From Planctomycetota bacterium (GTDB lineage Bacteria > Planctomycetota > UBA1135 > UBA2386): a DNA stretch of 64,000 nt. The DNA is taken from assembly GCA_965228735.1 (NCBI GenBank), contig OZ245838.1, forward strand, positions 6,368,001 to 6,432,000, given 5' to 3'. A program made the position numbers and the translations under genes. The notes beneath the pieces were generated by a model. The model saw only the letters and a list, made by a program, of their open reading frames with translations, ran no database searches and had not been told where the DNA came from. Below are positions 27,747-37,511 of the stretch, piece by piece; position 1 is the stretch's first letter; every line of letters starts with the position of its first letter.

Positions 27747-30602
27747 ATGTACTCCAACAAGGTCCTCGATCACGGCACTCCGGCCAGCAAGGCCACAGAA
27801 CAGGTCACCGTTCACATCGACGGCAAGCCGGTGGTCGTGCCCGCCGGCACGTCCGTCATGCGGGCGGCGGTCGAAGCCGGAGTCAAGGTGCCCAAGCTGT
27901 GCGCGACCGACAGCCTCGAGAGCTTCGGCAGCTGCCGGCTCTGCGTCGTCGAGATCGAGGGGCGGCGCGGCTACCCGGCGTCGTGCACGACGCCGTGCGC
28001 GGACGGGATGAAGGTCACGACCCAGAACGACAAGCTCGCCGACCTGCGGCGTGGGGTGATGGAGCTCTACATCAGCGACCACCCGCTCGACTGCCTGACG
28101 TGCACCGCGAACGGCAACTGCGAGCTGCAGGACATGGCCGGCGCGGTCGGGCTGCGCGAGGTGCGCTACGGCTACGACGGGGCGAACCACCTCGACCAGG
28201 AGAAGGACCGCAGCAACCCGTACTTCACGTTCGACGCGACCAAGTGCATCGTCTGTTCGCGCTGCGTGCGGGCATGCGACGAGATCCAGGGGACGTTCGC
28301 GCTCACGGTCGAGGGCCGCGGGTTCGAGTCCAAGATCGCGGCCGGGCCGACGAACTTCATCGACAGCGAGTGCGTGTCGTGCGGCGCGTGCGTGCAGGCG
28401 TGTCCGACGGCGACGCTCATGGAGAACTCGCTCGAGGACGCGGGTCAGCCCGACCACGCCGTGACGACGACGTGTGCCTACTGCGGCGTGGGGTGCTCGT
28501 TCCGCGCCGAGATGAAGGGCAACGAGGTCGTGCGCATGGTGCCGCACAAGGACGGCAAGGCCAATCACGGGCACAGCTGCGTGAAGGGTCGTTTCGCCTG
28601 GGGCTACGCGACGCATCCCGACCGCGTGAAGGCGCCGATGATCCGCGAGAAGATCACCGACCCGTGGCGCGAGGTGACGTGGGAGGAGGCGTTCGCACAC
28701 ACTGCCCGGGAGGTCAAGCGCATCCAGGCGAAGTACGGCCGCGGCTCGGTCGGCGGCATCACGAGTTCGCGTTGCACGAACGAGGAGACCTACCTCGTGC
28801 AGAAGCTCGTGCGCGCCGCGTTCGGCAACAACAACGTCGACACCTGCGCCCGCGTGTGCCACTCGCCGACGGGCTACGGCCTCAAGCAGACGCTCGGCGA
28901 GTCGGCGGGCACGCAGGATTTCGACAGCGTCGACCACACGGACTGCGTGATCGTGATCGGCGCCAACCCGACGGACGGTCACCCGGTGTTCGCGTCGCGC
29001 ATGAAGCAGCGACTGCGCGAGGGAGCGGGCCTGATCATCATCGATCCGCGCCGGATCGACCTCGTGCGGACGCCGCACGTCGAGGCGGACTACCACCTGC
29101 AGCTGCGACCGGGCACCAACGTCGCCGTGATGAACGCGCTCGCGCACGTCGTCGTGACCGAGGGCCTCGCCGCCGACGACTACATCGCGGAGCGCTGCGA
29201 TCCGGCCGAGTTCGAGAAGTGGAAGGCGTTCATCAGCGACGACAAGAACTCGCCCGAGACGCTCGAAGCGGACACCGGGGTGCCGGCGGATCAGATCCGC
29301 GGCGCGGCGCGGCTGTTCGCGAAGGCGCCCAATGGCGCGATCTACTACGGTCTCGGCGTCACCGAGCACAGCCAGGGCAGCACGGCGGTCATGACGATCG
29401 CCAACCTCGCGATGGTGACTGGCAACATCGGCCGGCCCGGCGTCGGGGTGAACCCGCTGCGCGGCCAGAACAACGTGCAGGGCAGTTGTGACATGGGCAG
29501 CTTCCCGCACGAGCTGCCGGGCTACCGCCACGTCAGCGATCCCGACGTGCGCGCCATGTTCGAGAAGCTCTGGGGTGTTGCGCTCGAGCCGGAACCGGGC
29601 CTGCGCATCCCCAACATGTTCGACGCCGCGCTCGACGGCTCGTTCAAGGGGCTCTACGTCCAGGGTGAGGACATCGCGCAGAGCGATCCCGACACCAAGC
29701 ACGTGCTCAAGGCGCTCGAGTCGCTCGAGCTGCTCATCGTGCAGGACATCTTCATGAACGAGACGGCGAAGTACGCGCACGTCATCCTGCCGGGCAGCTC
29801 GTTCCTCGAGAAGGACGGCACGTTCACCAACGCCGAGCGCCGCATCTCGCGTGTGCGCAAGGTCATGCCGCCGCTCGCCGGCCTCGCCGACTGGCAGGTC
29901 ACGGTCAAGCTCAGCGCGGCGCTCGGCTACGAGATGAAGTACTCGCACCCGAGCGAGATCATGCAGGAGATCGCGGCGCTCACGCCGACGTTCACCGGCG
30001 TGACCTACGAGAAGATCGACGAGCTCGGCAGCGTGCAATGGCCGTGCAACGATCAGGCGCCCGAGGGCACGCCGTACATGCACGAGAAGGAGTTCGTGCG
30101 CGGCAAGGGCCGGTTCTTCGTCACCCAGTACGTAGCGACGCCGGAGCGCACGACGCGTAAGTTCCCGCTCATCCTCACGACGGGGCGCATCCTGAGTCAG
30201 TACAACGTCGGCGCGCAGACCCGCCGCACGGAGAACAAGGTCTGGCACGACGCCGACGTGCTCGAGCTGCATCCGCACGACGCGGAGCACCGCGGCATCA
30301 ACCACGGCGATCTCGTCGCGATGACGAGCCGGCAGGGTGAGACGACCATGCGCGCGGTGCTCACGGAGCGCATGCAGCCGGGCGTCGTCTACACGACGTT
30401 CCACCACCCCGAGTCGGGCGCCAACGTCGTCACGACGGACAACTCGGACTGGGCGACCAACTGCCCCGAGTACAAGGTCACGGCCGTGCAGGTTCAAAAG
30501 GTCGTCGCGGACAAGTCGGAGTGGCAACAGGGCTTCGCCTCGTTCGAGAAGCAGCAGGAATCGCTGCTGCCGCGGCCGGAGCAGCAGGAGGCCGGCAAGT
30601 AA
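27747..30602 (+). CDS. fdsA: NAD-dependent formate dehydrogenase alpha subunit (molybdopterin, Cys-ligated)
   Basis: N-terminal 2Fe-2S and 4Fe-4S motifs, CAYCGVGC, DTCARVCH, PLRGQNNVQG and C-terminal TNCPEYKVTAV. Confidence 0.96.
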   Translation: MYSNKVLDHGTPASKATEQVTVHIDGKPVVVPAGTSVMRAAVEAGVKVPKLCATDSLESFGSCRLCVVEIEGRRGYPASCTTPCADGMKVTTQNDKLADLRRGVMELYISDHPLDCLTCTANGNCELQDMAGAVGLREVRYGYDGANHLDQEKDRSNPYFTFDATKCIVCSRCVRACDEIQGTFALTVEGRGFESKIAAGPTNFIDSECVSCGACVQACPTATLMENSLEDAGQPDHAVTTTCAYCGVGCSFRAEMKGNEVVRMVPHKDGKANHGHSCVKGRFAWGYATHPDRVKAPMIREKITDPWREVTWEEAFAHTAREVKRIQAKYGRGSVGGITSSRCTNEETYLVQKLVRAAFGNNNVDTCARVCHSPTGYGLKQTLGESAGTQDFDSVDHTDCVIVIGANPTDGHPVFASRMKQRLREGAGLIIIDPRRIDLVRTPHVEADYHLQLRPGTNVAVMNALAHVVVTEGLAADDYIAERCDPAEFEKWKAFISDDKNSPETLEADTGVPADQIRGAARLFAKAPNGAIYYGLGVTEHSQGSTAVMTIANLAMVTGNIGRPGVGVNPLRGQNNVQGSCDMGSFPHELPGYRHVSDPDVRAMFEKLWGVALEPEPGLRIPNMFDAALDGSFKGLYVQGEDIAQSDPDTKHVLKALESLELLIVQDIFMNETAKYAHVILPGSSFLEKDGTFTNAERRISRVRKVMPPLAGLADWQVTVKLSAALGYEMKYSHPSEIMQEIAALTPTFTGVTYEKIDELGSVQWPCNDQAPEGTPYMHEKEFVRGKGRFFVTQYVATPERTTRKFPLILTTGRILSQYNVGAQTRRTENKVWHDADVLELHPHDAEHRGINHGDLVAMTSRQGETTMRAVLTERMQPGVVYTTFHHPESGANVVTTDNSDWATNCPEYKVTAVQVQKVVADKSEWQQGFASFEKQQESLLPRPEQQEAGK

Positions 30603-30832
30603 TGGACGGTCCGAAGCTCGTGCGCATGGCGAACCAGATCGCCGACTTCTTCGCGGCCGAGCCCGTGCACGCGGACGCCGTCGCGGGGGTCGCGGGCCAC
30701 CTGCGGAAGTTCTGGGATCCCCGAATGCGACGGCAGATCCTCGAGGTCCTCGACGCGGGTGGTGACGGCATGCGGCCGCTCGTTCGCGAAGCGCTCGAAC
30801 AGCACCGCGGCGACCTCGCGCCGACGAGCTGA
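30602..30832 (+). CDS. fdsD: Formate dehydrogenase delta subunit
   Basis: KLVRMANQIADFF and HLRKFWDPRMR; TAATG overlap with fdsA. Confidence 0.93.
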   Translation: MDGPKLVRMANQIADFFAAEPVHADAVAGVAGHLRKFWDPRMRRQILEVLDAGGDGMRPLVREALEQHRGDLAPTS

Positions 30833-30879
30833 CGTGGTGTGTGGACGTCGACCGGACGCGATCAACATGACGGTCCGAC

Positions 30880-32772
30880 GTGACTGGCGTGCATGAGAGG
30901 GAGCCGGGCGGGCGTACCCGACCGGGTCGCCGGCTCTGGCCACGCGTCGGCCTGGCGCTCGTGGTCGCGCTCGTCGGGCTCGAGCTCGCGCTGCAGGTTC
31001 TCGCGTTCGCGGCCTCGCTCCTGGTCGCGCCGGTTCCTGCCACCGCGGTCCCGGATGGAGCGCGCGTCGTCGTGTGCGTCGGCGATTCGTTCACGTTCGG
31101 GCTCGGCGCGACGGCTCCCGACGCCAGCTACCCGGCAGTGCTCGAAGCCCGGCTGCGAAGCGAGCAGGACGCGGCGTGGGTGACCGTCAATCGCGGGTAT
31201 CCCGGGCGCAACTCCCGTGAGGCAGTGATCGCGTTGCAGCGCGCGCTGACGACGATGCAGCCCGAGTTCGTCTGCATCGTCGTCGGGGTGAACGACGCGT
31301 GGTCGCGGCCCGACCGGCTCGATCGCGCTGCCGTCGAGACCGTTGCCGACGCCGCGGCAGAGCCCGGCTTTCGGTGGGAGTGGCGGACCCTCCGGCTGCT
31401 GCGCACGGCGCGCCAGTGGAACCCCTGGGGAGCTGGCGAACCCGCGCCAGAGTCAGGAGTCGTCGAGCCTGGAATCGTCGAGCCTGGGGTCGTCGAGCCG
31501 CCGGCCGAAGACCCGAGTGCGCCGGTCGAGACCCGGCCCGGGGGCGACCGGCCGACCGCGACGGTCAGCGGCCATTGGCGAAGCGTGGATGGCGTCGTCG
31601 ACCTGCACCTGCTGCGCTCGGGTGCGCTCGAGCTCGGCGCGTTGACCGGTCGCTGGCAGCCGGGCGCCCTGGCCGGCCAGCTCGAGCTGCGGTTCGACGG
31701 CATGCCGGCAGTGTTCGTGGTCGACGTCGCGCCGGATGGCAGCACGCTCAGCGGCGTGATTGCCGGCGGCGTGGAGGTCGTACTGAAGCGTGTGCGCGCC
31801 GGCACGTTGGCGGTCGAGGCCGCCCGCGCTCTGCTCAGGCGACGCGAATACGACGAGGCGGAGGTCGCGCTGCGCTCGGTGCTGGCCGGCCACGTGGATG
31901 AACCTCGGATCGAGGCGCTGGCCCGCGCCGGGCTCGCGGAGGTCGCGATGCACCGCGGGAACGTCGATTCTGCAGCTCGCCATGCCGATCGTCTGCGTGA
32001 GCTGCACGAGAGGGCCGCGGATCCCGAGGTCACCGCTGCCTGTCTCCACGGGCTCCTCCGCGCGCGGCAGCGGGCGGCTGCGCTCGCGATGGCGCGCGAG
32101 GCCGTCGCGGTCGCGCCGGACTTCGCCGCGGGCTGGCTCACGATCGCCACCGTGACGCTCGACACCGGCGAGCTGCGGGCGGCCCGCGAGGCCGTCGCGC
32201 GCTGGCTCGAGCTCATGCCGGCGAACTCACCGGGGCGACCGCACGTCTTGCGGCTGCGCGCGTTCGCTTGGGGTGGTGAAGACCCTGCGCTCGCGTCCGA
32301 GAGCGCGCTCGGAGCCTTGCTCGGCATGCGCGACGAGCGCGCGGCGCGCCACGCGGTCGGCACGCTCCGGCGCTATTTGCCGCCGGCGCGGCTCGCGGCC
32401 GCGTTCGATTCTCTGGGGGTGGACGCCGCCGACCGCGCGCGGGTGCAGCGACTCCTCGGGCCGAGTGACGCCGCAGTGTCGGCCGGGGTGCAGGAGACGC
32501 TGCGGCACCACCTGCGCCTCCTGGTCGAGCTCTGCCGCGAGGTCGGCGCCGAGCCGGTCTTCGGCAGCTACCCGAGGGGCGCGAGCGATGCGGTGCGGGC
32601 CGTGGCGACCGAACTCGGGGTCACGTTGCTGCCCGTCCACGAACGCTTCGAGCGCGCCCGTCGTGAGCAACCCGCCGCTGCGTTCTTCGTCGCGGACGGC
32701 CACTGCAACGACCGCGGCTACGCGTTGATGGCCGAGGTCTTCGCCGAGCACATCACGGCGCGGTCCCGCTGA
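30880..32772 (+). CDS. Membrane-anchored SGNH/GDSL hydrolase with large internal insertion
   Basis: N-terminal TM; blocks GDSFTFG, RGYPG and GVND; distal DGHCNDRGY; TPR-like helices in between. Confidence 0.78.
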   Translation: MTGVHEREPGGRTRPGRRLWPRVGLALVVALVGLELALQVLAFAASLLVAPVPATAVPDGARVVVCVGDSFTFGLGATAPDASYPAVLEARLRSEQDAAWVTVNRGYPGRNSREAVIALQRALTTMQPEFVCIVVGVNDAWSRPDRLDRAAVETVADAAAEPGFRWEWRTLRLLRTARQWNPWGAGEPAPESGVVEPGIVEPGVVEPPAEDPSAPVETRPGGDRPTATVSGHWRSVDGVVDLHLLRSGALELGALTGRWQPGALAGQLELRFDGMPAVFVVDVAPDGSTLSGVIAGGVEVVLKRVRAGTLAVEAARALLRRREYDEAEVALRSVLAGHVDEPRIEALARAGLAEVAMHRGNVDSAARHADRLRELHERAADPEVTAACLHGLLRARQRAAALAMAREAVAVAPDFAAGWLTIATVTLDTGELRAAREAVARWLELMPANSPGRPHVLRLRAFAWGGEDPALASESALGALLGMRDERAARHAVGTLRRYLPPARLAAAFDSLGVDAADRARVQRLLGPSDAAVSAGVQETLRHHLRLLVELCREVGAEPVFGSYPRGASDAVRAVATELGVTLLPVHERFERARREQPAAAFFVADGHCNDRGYALMAEVFAEHITARSR

Positions 32773-32833
32773 CGGGGCGAGCCGGTTGCAGTAGTGCCCG
32801 CGCCCGCGCCCGCGCCAGCGCCAGCGCCGCGCC

Positions 32834-33982
32834 TCATCTGGGCAGGTCGGGGAACGGGATCCGCTCGACCTTCGGCCGGCCCCGGGTCAGGTCGGCGAGA
32901 TACACCCCGGCGTGCTCGCGAGGGAGGCCCTGGACCAGCCCCGTCGAGAACGCCGCGACCGTGCGATCCGGCGCGAGCGCCATCGGCGCGAGGAACGCGG
33001 GCGCTTCGTCGTCCTTCTGGACGGGGATCGAGAAGAGCGGCGTCTCGCGCTTGAAGCTGCCGCTGAACGACAGCTCGAGCAGCGCGAACTCGTCGACCTG
33101 GTCCTCGCCGTTCCGGCGGCAGATGCCGGCGACGATCGTCACGCCGTCCTGCTTCCACCCGACGCTGCCGATGCCGAAGTTGCGGGTCTCCTCCACGCCT
33201 ACGCCGAGCGGCAGGCGGGTCTCGATCGCCCCGTCGCGCACGACGATGAGCCCGTGGGAAACCCGCTCGCCGGGACGGTGGGCGGGCAGCACGATGCGCT
33301 GCAGGTCCGGCGAGAAGCTCGGCAGCGCGTACGGGATCCACTCGCTGTCGTCAGGCGCCGCCACGATCGGAGTGCGCTCCAGCGTCTCGGGATCGAGCGT
33401 GCCGATCTCCCACGCGGTGGCCCGCCCCGCCTTCTGCTTCGGCAGCAGCAGGTAGCACAGGCCGTCGCCGCGCCGAGCCACGGCCAGGCTCATGCCCCGG
33501 GGTCCGTCTTCGCGTCGCACCTCGCCGGACTCGAGGTCGAGCCGGACCAGGCCATCGCTGCTGAAGAACAGGTACGGGCCGTGGGCGATCGGCGGCAGGG
33601 CGAGAAGCTCGAACGCGAGGCCGTCGGCGCGCACCTCGAAGCGGCGAGCTTCCGCCTCGGCCGCCTCGGGGTGCACGAGGACCTCGATCTTCGTGTTGCT
33701 GCCGTCCTGCTTGCGGATGACGAGCACCGCGTCGCCCGTCGCGGTCCAGCCGACGATCGGCAGCTGGTTCGTCGGCTCGAAGTCGCGCAACAGGCGGGTC
33801 GTGCGGGTCGCGCGGTCGAGGATCACGACCCCGAGCGTCTTGTTCGGCAGTGCGGTGGCCAAGGCCAGTCGGCGGCTGTCCGGGCTCCAGGCGGGGCGGC
33901 ACGCGAGCGTCACGAGCGCGGTGGCGAGCCCCGCGAGGACGAGGAGGCGGCAGGCAGCGCGCCCGGCGGGGCCGTTCATCAT
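32834..33982 (-). CDS. Hypothetical exported (lipo)protein, TolB/PD40-like propeller
   Basis: Signal peptide ending LAC; PAWSPDS and PSFSPDL motifs. Confidence 0.55.
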   Translation of the reverse strand: MMNGPAGRAACRLLVLAGLATALVTLACRPAWSPDSRRLALATALPNKTLGVVILDRATRTTRLLRDFEPTNQLPIVGWTATGDAVLVIRKQDGSNTKIEVLVHPEAAEAEARRFEVRADGLAFELLALPPIAHGPYLFFSSDGLVRLDLESGEVRREDGPRGMSLAVARRGDGLCYLLLPKQKAGRATAWEIGTLDPETLERTPIVAAPDDSEWIPYALPSFSPDLQRIVLPAHRPGERVSHGLIVVRDGAIETRLPLGVGVEETRNFGIGSVGWKQDGVTIVAGICRRNGEDQVDEFALLELSFSGSFKRETPLFSIPVQKDDEAPAFLAPMALAPDRTVAAFSTGLVQGLPREHAGVYLADLTRGRPKVERIPFPDLPR

Positions 33983-34021
33983 GCCCTTGCAGTGGCCGGG
34001 TCCGGACGCGGTCCTGTCGGC

Positions 34022-34678
34022 CTACCCCGTCTTCTTCTTGCCGCCAGCCATCGCGGCGCCGATCGCGGCCGCGATGCCGCCGGCGAGGGTGGTCCAGCCG
34101 AACGGCCAGCCGAGACACTGCAGCGACGTGAGCGCGAACAGCGCGACTTCTTCGGGGACCTCCGGCGTGAGCTTGGCGTAGTGCACGTCCCAGCCCTTCA
34201 CGATCGCGAAGTACTGGATCACCGCGACCGGCGCGCGCGACAGCACGCCGAAGAGCGCGAGGGCGAGCCAGGCGCGCGGCCAGGCGATGAGGGTGAGGAG
34301 GCCGGCGCCGGCCATCACGAGATTGCCGACGAGGAACCACTGCTCCCACTGATCCGGGGTCGAGGGTTCCATCATCATCCGTGACAAGGCCACCCCGCTG
34401 ATGCCGAGCACGAGACCGACGATCGGCAGGCCGAGCGCCAGCCCGATCGACCGCGGCGGGTGGCCGCCGCCGCTGAGCCGGACACCGAACCAGAACCCGA
34501 ACGGCAGCGCGAGCCACGTCACGCCGAGCGGCGAGAGTCCACCGCCCGGTTCGGTCGAGAACACGACGGCGGGCCACCCCTGCAGTTCGCCGACGAGGCG
34601 AACGATGCTGACGATCAGCGCCACGACGCCGGCAACGAGGACGGCAACGAACAGGCTCTTCTGCGGGCGGTCACCCAT
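34022..34678 (-). CDS. Hypothetical multi-pass membrane protein
   Basis: About six hydrophobic helices; coding-like codon usage; ATG at 34678. Confidence 0.7.
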   Translation of the reverse strand: MGDRPQKSLFVAVLVAGVVALIVSIVRLVGELQGWPAVVFSTEPGGGLSPLGVTWLALPFGFWFGVRLSGGGHPPRSIGLALGLPIVGLVLGISGVALSRMMMEPSTPDQWEQWFLVGNLVMAGAGLLTLIAWPRAWLALALFGVLSRAPVAVIQYFAIVKGWDVHYAKLTPEVPEEVALFALTSLQCLGWPFGWTTLAGGIAAAIGAAMAGGKKKTG

Positions 34679-34778
34679 GCCCCGGATCGTGCCGCGCCGG
34701 GCCCCGCGAAGTCCAGCGTGAACGCGGATGCCACGTCGCGTGCTCGCATGATGCGACGCGAGCCGGTACACGGGTGGC

Positions 34779-35744
34779 ATGCGATTCCTCGGGCTCGACG
34801 TCGGCGGGACCAACTGCCGCTACGAGTATTGGCCCGCGGGGTCGGGCGCGAGCGGGCGTGGCGCGGGCGTGCAGCCGGCCGTGCACGGGCTCGATGCGAC
34901 GATTACCGGGCTCACGACCGTGCTGCGTGAGGCCGAGGGCCGCGGCGAGGCGCCGACCGCGGCCGTGCTCGCGATGGCCGGTGCCGGTGACGCGGCGACG
35001 GCGCGGGCGATCGCCGATGGGCTGCGCGCTGCGGGTATCCGCTATCCGGTGCACGTCGTGGGTGACGTGCTGGCCGCGGCGGCCGCCGCGCTGCGGGACC
35101 GGCCGAGCGTGCTGCTATGGTCCGGGACGGGCTCGTTCGCGGTCGCGCGCGGCGGCGATGGTGGCGCTGGCGGCGCTGGCGGTGACGTGCCGGAGTTGCA
35201 TCGGGTCGGCGGGCGCGGCTACCTGCTCGGCGACCAGGGCAGCGGGTTCGACTTCGTGCGGCGCGCAGCCGCCGCGGCGATCCTGGCAGCCGACGACCTC
35301 GGCCCGGCGACGTCGTTGACGAACGAGCTCGTCGCCGCGTTCGACGCGCCGTCGATCGAACGCCTCGGCGCGGTTCTGCAGGGCCTCGATACCGCGACGG
35401 TTGCCGCGCGATTGCCGATCGTGCTGCAGGCCGCCGCCCGCGGCGATGTCGTCAGCAACGAAGTGCTCACTGCTGGCAGCGAGTCGCTGGCGCTGCTCGC
35501 GACCGCGGCGGCGCGGACCGCGGAGCTCGATCCGCGCGGCACGCCGGTGCGACTCGGCGGCGGCGTGTTGCTCAACGTTCCCGCGATCCGTGAGCTCGTC
35601 GCGGCGCGGCTCACGGCGCTCGACTTCACCGTCGGCGAACCCATCGCAGAGAACGCGGCGGCCGTCGGCGCGGCGTGGCTCGCCGCCGGCAGCCATGCGG
35701 GACGGCAACCCGAGTCGGCCTGGATGGAACGTGTCACGCTCTGA
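34779..35744 (+). CDS. BadF/BadG-family N-acetylglucosamine/MurNAc kinase-like ATPase
   Basis: LGLDVGGT, SGTGS, RVGGRGYLLGDQGSG and LGGGV. Confidence 0.85.
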   Translation: MRFLGLDVGGTNCRYEYWPAGSGASGRGAGVQPAVHGLDATITGLTTVLREAEGRGEAPTAAVLAMAGAGDAATARAIADGLRAAGIRYPVHVVGDVLAAAAAALRDRPSVLLWSGTGSFAVARGGDGGAGGAGGDVPELHRVGGRGYLLGDQGSGFDFVRRAAAAAILAADDLGPATSLTNELVAAFDAPSIERLGAVLQGLDTATVAARLPIVLQAAARGDVVSNEVLTAGSESLALLATAAARTAELDPRGTPVRLGGGVLLNVPAIRELVAARLTALDFTVGEPIAENAAAVGAAWLAAGSHAGRQPESAWMERVTL

Positions 35745-36168
35745 TCTGCCGCTGCGCGACGGCCGCGTGCTGCCGGCCGACTGCTTCCACGTGAGCTTCG
35801 CCCGCGGCGGCGGGCCCGGCGGTCAGCACGTCAACAAGACCGAGACGAAGGTCATCCTGCGCCTCGACCTCGCCGCGGCCGAGGGCGTGCTCGGTCCGAC
35901 CGACGTCGCCCGCATCCGTGAACGCCACGCGGCCCGGCTCGACGCCGACGGTCGGGTGCAGGTGACCGTGAGCGAACATCGCAGCCAGTACATGAACTTC
36001 TCGACGGCGATGGAGCGCATGGCAGGCCTGATCGCGCAGGCGCTCGTCCGGCGGAAGCGTCGGATCGCGACCAAGCCGACGCGCGGCAGCAAGCGGCGTC
36101 GCGTCGAGGCGAAGCGTCAGCGCGGCGAGACGAAGCGTGCTCGCCGCAAGCCGCGGCCCGAGGACTGA
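35731..36168 (+). CDS. arfB: Alternative ribosome-rescue peptidyl-tRNA hydrolase
   Basis: GGPGGQHVNK, RSQYMN and a basic tail RIATKPTRGSKRRR; GTG start at 35731. Confidence 0.92.
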   Translation: MSRSDLPLRDGRVLPADCFHVSFARGGGPGGQHVNKTETKVILRLDLAAAEGVLGPTDVARIRERHAARLDADGRVQVTVSEHRSQYMNFSTAMERMAGLIAQALVRRKRRIATKPTRGSKRRRVEAKRQRGETKRARRKPRPED

Positions 36169-36205
36169 GAGCCGCGGCCCGAGGGCCTGCGCTCGGGGTG
36201 TGGTC

Positions 36206-37468
36206 CTACGCGTAGATGCCGCGCATCCGCGTGATCTCCGCCACGCGGTCGACGCCGAGCATGTAGGCCGCGATGCGGTTGCTGACTTCCCACTTGCGGG
36301 CCATCTCGACGACCGCGGCGAACGCGTCGCACATGATGTGCTCCATGCGCTCCTCGATCTCCTTCTGGGGCCAGAACATGCCGATCCGGTCCTGCACCCA
36401 CTCGAAGTAGCTCACCGTGACGCCGCCCGCGTTCGCGAGGATGTCCGGGATGACGAAGATGCCGTTCTCGTCGAGGATCTTGTCGGCGTTGGCCGTACAC
36501 GGGCCGTTCGCGCCCTCGGTGATGATCTTGGCCTTGATGTTCGCCGCGTTGCGGCTCGTGATCACGTTCTCCGTTGCCGCCGGGACGAGGATGTCGACGG
36601 CCAACTCGAGAATCTCCGCGTTGCTGATGCGTTCGCCCTCGTTGAAGCCCTCGAGCTTGCGGTTCTTCGTGAGGTAGTCGCGGATGCCCTTGAGGTCGAG
36701 GCCGTTCTCGTTGTAGAGCCCGCCGTGCACGTCGCTGATCGCGACGACCTTCACGCCGAGCTTCTCGAGCTGGCGCGCGGACACGAGGCCGACGTTGCCG
36801 GCACCCTGCACCGCGGCGGTGCAGTTCTTCGGATCCATGTCCAGGTGCTTGAGCGCCTCGCGCGTGCACAGCATCACGCCGCGGCCCGTCGCCTCGACGC
36901 GGCCGAGCGAACCGCCGAGTCCGATCGGCTTGCCCGTCACGATCGCCGGCGTGAAGCCCTTGGCGTGCATGGAGTAGGTGTCCATGATCCACGACATCAC
37001 CTGGCCGTCGGTACCCATGTCGGGCGCGGGCACGTCGCGGTCGGGGCCGAGCACGTCCAGGATGCCGGCGATGTAGCGGCGGGTGAGGCGCTCGAGTTCG
37101 CCGCGCGACATCTTGAACGGGTCGCAGATGACGCCGCCCTTGCCGCCGCCGAACGGCACGTTGACCACCGCGCACTTCCAGGTCATCCACGCGGCGAGCG
37201 CGCGCACCTCGTCGCGGTTGACGTTGGTTGCGAACCGGATGCCGCCCTTGGCCGGCCCGCGCGCCGTCGAGTGCTGCACGCGGTAGCCCTCGAAGATGGA
37301 CACCGAGCCGTCGTCCATCACGACCGGGATGCTGATCGTGATCTCGCGCTCACAGCTGCGCAGGATGCCGAAGAGGTTCGGATCGAGGCCGAGCCGATCG
37401 GCGGCCTGATCGAAGCGGACCTGCATGGCCGCGAAGGGGTTCTCTTCGCCGGAGGCTTGTGGATTCAT
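36206..37468 (-). CDS. gdhA: Glu/Leu/Phe/Val dehydrogenase (glutamate dehydrogenase)
   Basis: GYRVQH, GPAKGGIRF, PFGGGKGG, DVPAPD, GAGNVG and ANAGGVTVSYFEW. Confidence 0.93.
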   Translation of the reverse strand: MNPQASGEENPFAAMQVRFDQAADRLGLDPNLFGILRSCEREITISIPVVMDDGSVSIFEGYRVQHSTARGPAKGGIRFATNVNRDEVRALAAWMTWKCAVVNVPFGGGKGGVICDPFKMSRGELERLTRRYIAGILDVLGPDRDVPAPDMGTDGQVMSWIMDTYSMHAKGFTPAIVTGKPIGLGGSLGRVEATGRGVMLCTREALKHLDMDPKNCTAAVQGAGNVGLVSARQLEKLGVKVVAISDVHGGLYNENGLDLKGIRDYLTKNRKLEGFNEGERISNAEILELAVDILVPAATENVITSRNAANIKAKIITEGANGPCTANADKILDENGIFVIPDILANAGGVTVSYFEWVQDRIGMFWPQKEIEERMEHIMCDAFAAVVEMARKWEVSNRIAAYMLGVDRVAEITRMRGIYA

Positions 37469-37511
37469 CGTTTGCGCGGCGCTGGGACCTGAGAGAACCT
37501 AACCACACTCC

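Noticed and set aside
27747..30602. Selenocysteine or recoding in the formate dehydrogenase alpha subunit
   Set aside because: The active-site ligand is a normal Cys (TCARVCH) and the frame has no internal TGA.
32797..32829. GCCCGC/GCCAGC hexamer run between convergent genes
   Set aside because: Short low-complexity microsatellite in GC-rich DNA with no evident function.
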